64,000 nucleotides of DNA. It comes from the human T2T-CHM13v2.0 reference genome, Homo sapiens. A program made the position numbers and the translations under genes. Below, one piece after another: positions 1 to 16,793 of the stretch; positions within the stretch are counted from its first letter, which is position 1; the number at the start of each line of letters is the position of its first letter. The notes below the pieces were generated by a model. The model saw only the letters and a list, made by a program, of their open reading frames with translations, was not told where the DNA came from and did not search any database. The stretch lies in the NCBI RefSeq assembly GCF_009914755.1, contig NC_060926.1. One strand, given 5' to 3'.

Positions 1-322
1 GACTTGTTTTGGGCAAGCCCTGATAAGAGTATTGACTAGCAACTGCTTAACACTGTTTTGGAGCCCAGGAATATTGTACTCGTGGTTGGCCACGCCTCCC
101 TGAAGACCCCAAACCATGGTCCTGTTTGGGGAACCCCAAAGAATGCTTCATTCATGGTCTTGGCCCGTCCTTAAGCTAAAGAAGACCCAGGGAACCGGGT
201 CGTTCAGAAACATCCCTTAGCTACTACATGTCAAGTCTCTCGCAGAGTCTGAGTGAGACTCCAGGGATTCTTAAAAGGATGCTCATAAGCCCTGAGTGAT
301 CCCAGACAAACTCATTTGTCTA

Positions 323-628
<306 letters not shown>

Positions 629-1510
629 TTAAAAAATTAAAAATTAAAAAAAGATTCTCTAGTTCCCAAATGGAGCTGTGCTTCAGAATTGCTTTGAGCA
701 CTTGTTTAAAGTGTCTATTTCCTGGGAAGGTAAGTCAGAGTCTGGAAGCCTGGGGACCTGTCTACCAAGCCTCCTTTGCGATGCGCAGGCAGCCAGTGTG
801 GCACCGGACAGGGCTTGAGGCTTTCATGGTCTTCCTGGGTGCGTGTGTACACCCAAGGCTACTGGGAGTCAGGGTGGGTCCTTTGGACCTCAAAGGCTGG
901 GTCTCCAGGGTCCTGAAGCCAGGAGGGCATCATATTCCTGAATCGGGGCAAGCCTGGGAATTCAGTGACAGTCTCAGACCACCTGTCTGTTGGTGCTAAA
1001 TCCTGCAGGGCCAGCCTAGATGCTATAATTTTTAAATTCTGTTTACCCTCAAGAACTAGAACTTGGGGTTCCTTTATATCCCAATCCCCTGGTAACTCCC
1101 ACAGCTAATTTAGCTTAACATATGAGCCCAGTTTAGCAAGCCAATCCAGTCCTCTAAGAATCCGCTATAGTGAAGGAGACAGCACCCTGGCAGTGGGATT
1201 AACGACCAGGGTTTGGGCAGTGAAGGTCGCCACAGCTGGAACTGCAGAGTGGGGAGTTGAGGTCATTGCCTCTGTAGTCTGTGAGTACTCAAGAGCCTCC
1301 CAGTTCACGGACTGTTCTAGGGACCCCTCCCTTCAGCTTTAATGAAGGTGACTTTTTTCCCCCAGGAAGGTTTGGGTCAAATGCTGAGAAAGACTTAGTC
1401 TAGGAAAGCAAGCATTTCTAAAGAAGATTGGGAAGAGGTCGGGTGGAGCGTTGGCACCCAGTGTAGTCTGTCAGTGAAAAACTCCGGAGGCCTTGTCTAT
1501 GTTGCCGCAG

Positions 1511-1642
1511 GACGTGGCCCAAGTCAATGAGGAGAACTTGCCTGTCTACAACCGCTGTGCCCTCTATGCTCTGGGCGCAGCCTACCTGAACCTCATCAGT
1601 CAGCTCACAACAGTGCCTGCCTTCTGCCAGCACATCCATGAG
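1511..1642 (+). CDS. EFR3B: EFR3B coding exon (8th from last): DVAQVNEENLPVYNRCALYALGAAYLNLISQLTTVPAFCQHIHE
   Basis: ttgccgcag| acceptor and |gttggt donor; 132 bp, phase 0/0; splices in frame with the seven downstream exons to the EFR3 C-terminus. Upstream exons lie outside the window. Confidence 0.93.
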
Positions 1643-1947
1643 GTTGGTGTTCTCACGACCAAGAGCTCAGGGGGCCCTCAACTTGGGGTTTCCTGGGAAC
1701 AGCTTTTCCTTAATTGCATTAGTCCTGTACCTACACTTAGGCAGTGAAGACAGGGTTGAAGTAAGAACCACTAATGGTGAGAAGTTACTCGTGGCATCTT
1801 TCCCTCCTGTATGACTTGACAAAGCAGGGTGGGGTTAGGCACAGGGGTTGGGGGGGGTCTTCTATACCTGTTTCTAATACTGTCTGCCCCCTCCACTTCC
1901 TGCCCCTCTGTCTTTCCCCTACTCACGGGAGCACACCCGCACACATG

Positions 1948-2079
1948 CCTCAGATCATGCAGACTACAGCTATGAAATACCGCAAAAGTGACCTCAGATC
2001 ATGCAGACTACAGCTATGAAATACCGCAAAAGTGACCTCAGATCATGCAGACTAAAGCTATCAAATACCGCAAAGGTGG
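1948..2079. repeat. 44-bp tandem repeat x3
   Basis: CCTCAGATCATGCAGACTACAGCTATGAAATACCGCAAAAGTGA at 1948 and 1992 (identical) and 2036 (4 mismatches). Confidence 0.95.
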
Positions 2080-2469
2080 CCCGAGTAGAATGGTGAATGA
2101 ACATCTGTTCACGCCCACTCATATGAAATGAACAGTTATGAAAATTTCTCCCCATTTGCTTCATCTGTCTCCTTTTCTTTTCCTTTGCTGAACAAATTTT
2201 AAATACTTTAAACAAATATTTTAAAACAAATCCCAGCTATCCTGTCCTTTCACTCTATGTATATCCGTCTGCATGCCTGAAACAGCATGAACACCTCCCT
2301 ACATGACTGCCATGCTCTTAACACAGCTCATTAAGTGATCAGTAATTCCTTGGTGTTATCTGACACCCATTCTATAGTCAAATGTGTTCTCAGTTGTTGC
2401 ATAAAGATCTTTTAAAACACATGGAAGTGCTTAGAGGTTGAATGATACCAACATGTAGGATTAACTTTA

Positions 2470-2655
<186 letters not shown>

Positions 2656-3818
2656 TCAGGAAGCTGAGGCAGGAGAATCGCTTGAACCTGGGAGATGGAG
2701 TTGAGCCAAGATTGCACCACTGCACCCCAGCCTGGGTGACAGAGCAAGACTCTGTCTCAAAAATAAAATAAAATGAAATACATTAGCAAAACAAAATAAA
2801 ACAAAACAAGAAAATTTAGGTCTTAACTAGCCTGGGTTGGCTGGGAGTCACAGGGGAGGGTGCCGTGACTGTGACAGAGACCACTCAAAGGGAAGCAGGA
2901 GTCTTCCAGCTTCTGGGCTGATAAGGGAGTATAAGAAAGGCAATGCCCAGACATCCTCTGCCTGACAATTGTGGGACCTTTACCTCCTCACCCTCGACAC
3001 ACACCTGTATGTTGACCATCCCTCCACTTCTTACCACCTTAGTAACTTGCACTTTTCTTGTCAAAAATTTGCAAAGAGTACTGAGTAAAGCTCAAGATGT
3101 CACTGTCCATCAGGGTGTTTTGCAATGCACTTGGGTACTGCAGTACCCAGGTTTGGGACAAGGTGTGAACTACATTCCTTTGTACCTGTTTAAATAAAAA
3201 ACACAGGAATGAGGCCAGGTGCAGCGGCTCAGCCTTAATCCCAGCACTTTGGGAGGCCAAGGCAGGTGGATCACTTGGGGTCAGGAGTTTGAGATCAGCC
3301 TGGCCAACATGGTGAAACCTCATCTCTACTAAAAATATAAAAATTTGCCAGGCGTGGTGGCATGCACCTGCAGTCTCAGTTACTCGGGAGGCTGAGGCAG
3401 GAGAATTGCTTGAAACTGGGAGGTGGAGGCTGCTGTGAGCCAAGATTGTGCCATTGCACTCTAGCCTGGACAAGACAGCGAGACTCCGTCTCAAAAAAAA
3501 AAAAAAAAAAAAAGCATAGGAATGAGGCATTGGAGCCAGCAGCTGCAGTCTCTTAAGAGTTAAGTTCCCTGCATTGGAGGACACTTAGTGCACATGTGTC
3601 ATTGATGGCCATGGCCTGAGCAGGCAGCTTGAGCTTCTCAGGCTGCCCTGAGGGTCCCTGTTGATGCGAGTTTCCACTGAAAAGCTCAGCTGAGGACACT
3701 GTGCTGAGGAGGCTGTGGGAGGGAGGAAGCACCGAGCCGGGCATGGGAGCTCTTTCGTTGCCTGTGAGCTCCCTCTCCCTGCTGAACCAGCTCTTATCTG
3801 ATTCCTCCCAACCGCCAG

Positions 3819-3886
3819 GTGATAGAGACCAGGAAGAAAGAGGCTCCATACATGCTCCCCGAGGATGTGTTTGTGGAGAGGCCCAG
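3819..3886 (+). CDS. EFR3B: EFR3B coding exon: VIETRKKEAPYMLPEDVFVERP(R)
   Basis: ccgccag| acceptor, |gtgagg donor; 68 bp, phase 0 to 2, matches the next exon. Confidence 0.92.
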
Positions 3887-4471
3887 GTGAGGAGAGGACG
3901 GGGGACGTGGTCAGGGATCCCCAGGGCAGCTGAGTAAGCAGGTGGGTGGTCTGAGGTCAGGAGGGGTCAATGCCAGGAGGCTCAGACTTCTGTGGACTCA
4001 AGGGCAGAAGGTGGGCTCTGCCTGTGGTCCAGGAGTCCTGGGTAAAGTTCAACCCCATCACATTACTGCAGTCCATGCCTCGAGCATGCAATGCTGAGCC
4101 ATGTTTGCAGATGAGACACAGCCTCCGGGGGCTTTGGCCAAGCCCATGCTAAATGCATCCTGGAGGAGTCATTCCTGACAAGACATTACTGTAAATCCAA
4201 GTAATGTTTTCGGATCATAGTGGGTGCTGTGGGCCAGTGTCATTTCAACATCAGAGGAACTCAAGGGAAAGATGTTTTGCAAAACCAAAATGTCTAACAG
4301 TAGGGGATGGCTTTATAAATTATGGCCCATCCATACAGTAGACAATCATGACAATGTTTTAGAAGAATATTTAATGTAAAATACCCATTACATAAATAGG
4401 TCAATAAAATAGATCACAGAACAGCGGGTGGGGAAGGGGATATCTGTGTATATTTAAAAATACGGGACTAA

Positions 4472-6315
<1,844 letters not shown>

Positions 6316-6714
6316 GTATGAGTTCTGTGCAGGGATGCCCGGGCCTGCCTCTGTCTTTACTTGGCCAGGTAAGGGCCTGAGCATAAGGGACTTATAGCCC
6401 TTTGATTGCCTGTGAGGCACCTTGGATGTCGTGAGAGCTGAAAGACACAGTGGAAATTTATGGTGAGGTCCTCTTGATTGCCCCACCTCTCCTCCTCAGG
6501 ACAGGGTCCTTGGAAGTACCTGGCCCATGAGATGGCCTGGCCTGAGGATGGGAGAGGTTCCATTGTGCTGGAAAGAGCATATATGGCTATGGAACCAGAG
6601 ACCCAGTTTGAGACCCCTGTGCAACTTACTGCCTGAAAGATCTTAGACAAGTCCTTTGCATCCCTGAATTTCAGTTTCCTTGACTGTAAAACAGGAATTT
6701 AACAATAGCTGCCT

Positions 6715-8040
<1,326 letters not shown>

Positions 8041-10121
8041 AAAGGCATGCTGGTCATCATTCCCCACTCACAGGGGGACCGATATGCTCTGGGTTGGAAA
8101 CTAGAAGACTTAACTGGAGAGATAAGGGTGAGAACAGCTTTCATAGTGTTGCTTCCGTATGTATCAATAAAGAATCTTTTTTTAAATTTACACTATTTTT
8201 AAAGCAATTTTAGTTACAGCAAAATTGAGAGGAAGGTACAGAGATCGCCCTTTGCCCCCTCCCCTCCCCTGACACATGCACAGCCTCCCCTCCTATCCAT
8301 ATCCCCCAGCAGAGTGGTGCATTTCTTACAGTTCAACCTGCCTTAACACAACAGTATCATCTGAAGTCTGTCGTTTACACTGGGGTTCGCCCTCAGCGTT
8401 GTACATTCTGTGGGTTTGGACAAATGCGTAATGACATGCATCCCCCACCAGAGTACCATACAGAGTCATTTCCTGCCCTAAAACCCCCTGTGCTCCACCT
8501 CTTCATCTCTCCCCTAACCACTGACAGCCAAGATGTTTTTTTTTTTTTTTTTTTTAATGCTGACTGTTACAGTTCACAAGAAGTACGGAGGACACACATC
8601 TGGGTGGGACCGGGACAGAAAGACTTACATGGTCCTCAGGCATGGACAGGCTGGCATTCCCCAGCCTCTCTGCCCATTAGGGCTGATATAGACATGGAGG
8701 ACAGCTTTGACATCAAGCCTTTCCCCAGATGCAATCAGAGGTAGGAGAAGTCTCTAGGGGTCAGGATCAAGCCTCCCCCTAACTGTGCCCTCGACCACTT
8801 CATTTATTGGGGCAGATCTCTACCCCAGGGCCCTCAAAGCTTATCCAGAACCTTCCCACGGAAGGAAGCTCTGACTTGGGCTAATTGGACAAGTAAAATG
8901 AGGTTGAACGAGGCATCCTCCATGGCCCTTCCAGCTCCAAGGACTGGGAACCTCCAATGCGTTAGGCATCGGGGTGAGTTGGCTGCTCTCTCCCCATAGT
9001 GGCGATTCTCCCTTCCCAAGAGGTAAGAGACCCTCGGGAATTGAGGAGTGAAGTGACTCAGAAGCGCAAGGCGAAATGCTTACACAGCTACAGAGCCACC
9101 TCCTCACTAGTGGCCTCCTGGGCCACCAGTATCAGTTCCTTCCTCCCTTCAAGAGTCAGCTTAGCCCAGAGGTAGCTTGGTGGCAAAGCAGGGGTGCAGG
9201 GGCCTTCATCCTGTGCCCTTCTGCCATGCCACAACTCTCTCCACTCTCAGCCATCAGTGCCAGTCCAGAGTCCCACGGTGGTTCCTAGGGCCGTACTGCC
9301 CAGCCTTGCCGCAGGGGTGAATAAATGCTTGTTTGGTCAAATCTGAATCCTGGTGCCTGGCATTCCCAGCCATGCATAGTCTGGGCTCTGCCATTTCATT
9401 TTTCCCCACCTGCTCTGGCCCGTATCCACTGTCCCACTCTGGTGGGGCTGCTCTCGATCTCTCCCACGCTGCGCTCCGCCATCTCCAGGCCTTTGCTAGT
9501 GCAGAATGCCACATCTGAACCACCCTTCCCTCCACACTGGTGCAGCTGAGCGCCTGTGAACTGTCTGTTCTCCAGCGCCCGGCCCCTGTTCAGTTTCCTC
9601 ATAAACTTCTCTCTCCCTGCTCTTGCCCAGGGAGCATCCCTTCTCTCTTGCCCAGAGAGCGGCATTTTCTTTGACTGTTGCCACCACACAGTTCCCTAGC
9701 ACCCTGCAGGTGAATATCCAATGTTGCTCGGTGCTGACAGTGGATGAATGGATGGACGTACAGAGGATAAGTCCTCAGAGCGAGTTAAAGCCGAGCATAG
9801 CTCTCTCTTGCATGTAATTCCTATGCTAGCAAATTGTGCAGTTTCTATAGACTCACCTACAGTCCTGCATGTAGTTGGTGCTCACTTAATGTTTGTTAAA
9901 TGACTTTATCTCATACATATACTTCTGTCCTCTCCTACTCAAACAAAAATGCCAAACAAATCAAAAAATGCACGACTCAGTGAATTTTCATAAAGTGTGT
10001 ATGCCCACGCAACCACGCCTGGATGAGAGAGTGGAACACTGTCATCATCCAGGGGCCCTGCCTCTGTGCCCCCTCCCCTAAGGGAGCTCCCAGCCTGAGT
10101 TGCGTTACTTCTGGAACTTTA

Positions 10122-10325
<204 letters not shown>

Positions 10326-11093
10326 TTAGCCGGGCATGGTGGCGGCCACCTGTAACTCAGCTACTGGGGAGGCTGAGGCAGGAGAATCACTGGAAACCAA
10401 CCAGGAGGTGGAGGTTGTAGTGAGCTGAGATCATACCATAGTACTCTAGCCTGGGTGATGAGAGCGAAACTCCATCTCAAAAAAAAAAAAAAAAAAAAAA
10501 GAAGAGCATGAGTAAATCGTAGGTCTAATAGCTCTTTGTCTAGTGAGTAAGTTCTGGAATTTAGTCCAAATTCCTTCATTATTTTCAGCATCTATGGATC
10601 TCCCTTCTTTGAGTTTTATTATTTTCTACTTCCTTTTATAGGCTCTGCAGAGGACTGAGTGGGGTAACTCCTTGGAACCTCAGCAGCCGGGGAGGGCCGG
10701 TCACTTCTTTTTTTAAAAAAAAAAAAAACAGAGTCTCCCTCTGTCGCCCAGGCTGGAGTGCAGTGGTGTGATCTTGGCTCACTGCAATCTCCACCTCCCG
10801 GTTTCAAGCAATTCTCTTGCCTCAGACTCCCCAAGTAGCTGGGATTACCGGCACGCGCCACCATGCCTGGCTAGTTTTTGCATTTTTAGTAGAGATGGGG
10901 TTTCACCACGTTGACCAGGCCGGTCTCGAACTCCTGACCTCAAGTGATCCGCCCGCCTCAGCCTCCCAAAGTGCTGTGATTCCAAGCATGAGCCACCGCA
11001 TCCGGCCTGTCACTTCTAACCTTCCATTTCTTATCTTTATTAAATGCTCAAGTCGCATTGGTGGGTAATTTAATACTTTAAGACTTCAGAACT

Positions 11094-11445
<352 letters not shown>

Positions 11446-11592
11446 CTATTCACCACCTCTCTTCCCTTGCTTCCAATGTTTTCTGTTGTGTTCTCTGAAG
11501 ATGTTTTAAAATTGCAGTATTGGCTGGGCACAGTGGCTCACACCTATAATCCCAGCACTTTGGGAGGCCGAGGCGGGCAGATCATGAGTTCA

Positions 11593-11904
<312 letters not shown>

Positions 11905-12146
11905 TCAGGACTCTGTCTAAGTCTGAATCTGATGAGGAATGAGCTTCCCCGCTGCATCTCGCTGTCCTCTGTGCCTGCTCAGGGAGCTTCTGAGACCCTG
12001 AGGGGGGTGGGGGTGTCCTGAGGGACTTCCTGCCCACTGGGACTTTCTTCCAACAAGCAAGGGGCTGCCAGAGAGCTGGGGGTGCCAGGGCTGCCTCCTT
12101 TCTCTGCCCCCTGCCTTTCTGAGCATCTCTGTCCCTTCTCCTTCAG

Positions 12147-12195
12147 CGAGTGCCTGCCGAGGAGATCACCTATGAGACACTGAAGAAAGCCATTG
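12147..12195 (+). CDS. EFR3B: EFR3B coding exon: RVPAEEITYETLKKAI
   Basis: cccttctccttcag| acceptor, |gtaagt donor; 49 bp, phase 0 to 1; EEITYETLKKAI is an EFR3 C-terminal motif. Confidence 0.93.
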
Positions 12196-12469
12196 GTAAG
12201 TCAGGGCAAAGGGACTCTGGTTAGAGGGCAAAATGGGGTGGGGTCCTTGGGCCTGTTCCTGCAGATGCAGCAGGACACACCACCCTCCGCAGTGGGATCC
12301 AGCACCTGCGTGAAGGGAGAGGCTGGTGTCTTTTGACAAACTCATCACAGCCACCAAAGCTGCCACTGAATATCCCTGCTCTCCTGATGGGGGTCAGTAG
12401 TGAGGCCCTGTGTGGCCCACAGTGGGCAACGCTTTTGCCAGTAAAGACAGCTGCCTTTAAAAGTAATCA

Positions 12470-12788
<319 letters not shown>

Positions 12789-13013
12789 CTATAGGTAGAA
12801 AGCAATTCGGGATAAATTTTTGGTTTATTTGGTGAAGTGTGATACAAAAGAACAAGCTGGCCAATGGAAGATATTAATAACGAATCATATGAATGTCTAT
12901 TTAATAAGGGCAGATGATTTTAAAATGCATGTTACCTCTCTATCTGGATCATTGGACAACAACAGATTTTTCTAACTGTTGACAGATTATGCCTGTAAAT
13001 GCCAAACTTTTAA

Positions 13014-14072
<1,059 letters not shown>

Positions 14073-14366
14073 TAAGAGTCCCGGTGGGAGAGCAGCTACT
14101 TGGGGCTGTAAGAGCCCCGCTGAAAGGGCCTCCCACATAGTTCTCAAATTCTTACATGAGGAAGAAGGCTGAGCCCTCAGGCAGAATCAGGAAGAGGTCC
14201 CACCTTCCAGGGCCAAGTGAGGGCACCGCACCTCCACGCCACTGTCCCCTACTCTTCAGAAGAGGGGAGAGCCCAAGCAATGCTCATGGACAGTGCTCCC
14301 TGGAGGAGTCCCTCCCTTCACCTCAGTGAGCAGGGCCTGGCACTAACCCAGCTCTCTGTGTCGAAG

Positions 14367-14473
14367 TGGACAGCGTAGCAGTGGAGGAGCAGGAGCGTGA
14401 GCGGCGGCGGCAGGTGGTGGAGAAGTTCCAGAAGGCACCCTTCGAGGAGATTGCTGCACACTGCGGGGCCCGG
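14367..14473 (+). CDS. EFR3B: EFR3B coding exon: (V)DSVAVEEQERERRRQVVEKFQKAPFEEIAAHCGAR
   Basis: branch-point-like CACTAAC at 14341-14347, aag| acceptor, |gtaagt donor; 107 bp, phase 1 to 0. Confidence 0.93.
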
Positions 14474-15264
14474 GTAAGTGAAGCATGACATGGGCGAGTC
14501 CCTGGGAGCCAAGTCAAGACTGAATTTGGGTCCAGGACAGGATTAAGTTCCTAGGAGATCTTGGCTCTTTGACCACCAACCTCCCCCACCCCCACCCTGC
14601 CAGACATCAGGGCTTGTATTCCAATGCAGGGAGCTCCGCTGTTGCCCTGCCAGGCTTTCCCCAACACCCTGGCGCTGCACTGCTCCCCTATGAACCAAAA
14701 GACTTGGGTGTTTGTCTTGGGTCTCTCTGAGACCTCACACTTCTCACATAAGGAAGAAGTCCTGAGCTGAGGCACCTGTCTGGCAGTCAGATCATGCTCA
14801 CTGTGGTCCTGACAGCAGGCACGTGAACAGCACTCACTGCGGATGACAGCTTCTTCTATTGATGAGCCGCTTTCATTCTCATGATAACTCCATGAAGTTG
14901 GTGCCATTATGATCCCCATGTTACAGAGTGATGGGGGAGGGGTGTGTGGCAAAGGAAGATGGTCAACGTTGGCAGCAGGACCCTCTTCCAACCAGGGTAC
15001 CTTGGCAGGGGGATGGAACAGCCAGGCCTTGGCAAAGAGATCAGAGAGAGAGGCAGCTGGACATGTAGAAATGAGGAGCCATGCCTAGACTGGAGGGAGG
15101 AGCTCAGACAATCTTGAAATTGATTCTATGCCGGGATTTATTAGCCCCGAATGTCAAGCTTAGTAACAATGAAACATAACTGTAAACATTCAAAATCTAC
15201 AAATAACCTATTCTCCTAACAAAATATAATATGTATAAATATTTTATATATAATATTCATATAG

Positions 15265-15266
<2 letters not shown>

Positions 15267-15296
<30 letters not shown>
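15267..15296. repeat. (GT)n microsatellite
   Basis: Direct reading. Confidence 0.9.
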
Positions 15297-15301
<5 letters not shown>

Positions 15302-16164
15302 AAACACATATAGATTTTCCTGGGCCTGTATTGTTCTAACCTCTCATCCCACTTTGAGAGGGATGCCCATGTTATGAGCTAGGAATCAGGGCCCAGTCAC
15401 GGAACACGTGCAGTCCCACTCTCTGCATTCATTAACCTCATTAGAGCCAGAAGTAATCAGAGATCATCTCTAAGCCACCAGTTTTGCACAGCTGCTCCTT
15501 GCAAGTTAGAAAAGAGCTGGCACAGGCTGGGCACAGTGGCTCATGCCTGTACTCCCAGCACTTTGGGAGGCTGAGGCAGGCAGATCACCTGAGGTCAGGA
15601 GTTCGAGACCAGCCTGGCCAACATAGCAAAACTCCATCTCTACTAAAAATACAAAAATTAGCCGGGCATGGTGGCAGGCACCTGTAATCCCAGCTACTCA
15701 GGAGGCTGAGTTGGGAGACTTACTTGAACCCAGGAGGTAGAGGTTGCAGTGAGCTGAGGTCATGCCACCGCACTCCAGCCTGGGTAACAGAGCAAGACTC
15801 CTTCTCAATTAAAAAAAAGAAAAGAAAAGAGCCGGCACTAGTGCAGTCTCCCGACTCCATGCCCAGCAGCCCCTACTGCCCCATCTTAAGGAAAAGGACC
15901 TTCCAGAACTGCCTGCTGACGTCCTCCCTGGTGATTCTGAGCCTCTGTCCTGTCCCCAGCCAGCCTTCAGTAGGTGGCTTTCCCTGATCCGAATCTGCAG
16001 TCAGGGTCCAGTGGATGAGTGCTGGAGCGTGTTCACCTCTGCCTGCCTTCCTAAGGCTGTGGCTGCCCTGTACCTCCAGCGTATACTCTGGACACCCTGA
16101 GCCAGCTGGCAGAGGTTCTGGACCCCCCACCCCTGCCAGCTCACTTCCGTGTGTTTGTGTCTAG

Positions 16165-16214
16165 GCATCGCTGCTCCAGAGCAAACTCAATCAGATCTTT
16201 GAAATCACCATCCG
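16165..16214 (+). CDS. EFR3B: EFR3B penultimate exon: ASLLQSKLNQIFEITI(R)
   Basis: gtgtctag| acceptor, |gtaagt donor; 50 bp, phase 0 to 2. Confidence 0.93.
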
Positions 16215-16687
16215 GTAAGTGACAACCCTGGGCAGGGGACCCTGACCTCCGTGGCCCAGTATTGGGGTTCCTCATCCTGAGTCCTCTCACCCCTGTCTTC
16301 TCTTCTCTCCTCCCCACCTCCTTCTACCACTGTAATCTCTATCCCCTGGGCTGGAGTCAGCCACCAACTCTAACCCTCCCTAGACAAGGAAATAGAGACC
16401 AGAGAGGGAAAGAGCCTGCCTCAATGAAACCTGGAAAGACGCAAGAGTCCTAGTGTTCCGGGCTGGCACTTTCTAAAGCAGCAGTGTCACTGCGGAGCCT
16501 GCAGGGAAGCTTGACTCCAAGCTGTAGATTCTAGTAGAACGTGGAATCCTGGGAACCTGTGGAATGAAGGGGTCTCTGGTGCCTGTGCAAAAAGAAACCC
16601 AAGTCACCTACTCTGTTTGGTTGCACAAGGGTGGGATCCTAAAATTCTCTTTTCATGCCTTTCTCCCCATGTGTTCCTGCCCCCTAG

Positions 16688-16793
16688 GCCCCCACCAAGC
16701 CCATCAGGAACCATCACTGCAGCCTACGGTCAGCCGCAGAACCACTCCATCCCCGTCTATGAAATGAAGTTTCCCGATCTGTGTGTATACTGA
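16688..16793 (+). CDS. EFR3B: EFR3B last coding exon: (R)PPPSPSGTITAAYGQPQNHSIPVYEMKFPDLCVY*
   Basis: ccccctag| acceptor; TGA at 16791-16793; VYEMKFPDLCVY is the recognisable EFR3 C-terminus. The eight exons sum to 732 bp = 244 codons. Confidence 0.95.

Noticed and set aside
1948-2079. CRISPR-like appearance of the 44-bp repeats
   Set aside because: Head-to-tail repeats with no spacers, no cas genes, human intron
9098-9130. CTCF-like GGCCACTAGTGAGGAGG
   Set aside because: Poor match in the GGGC half of the core
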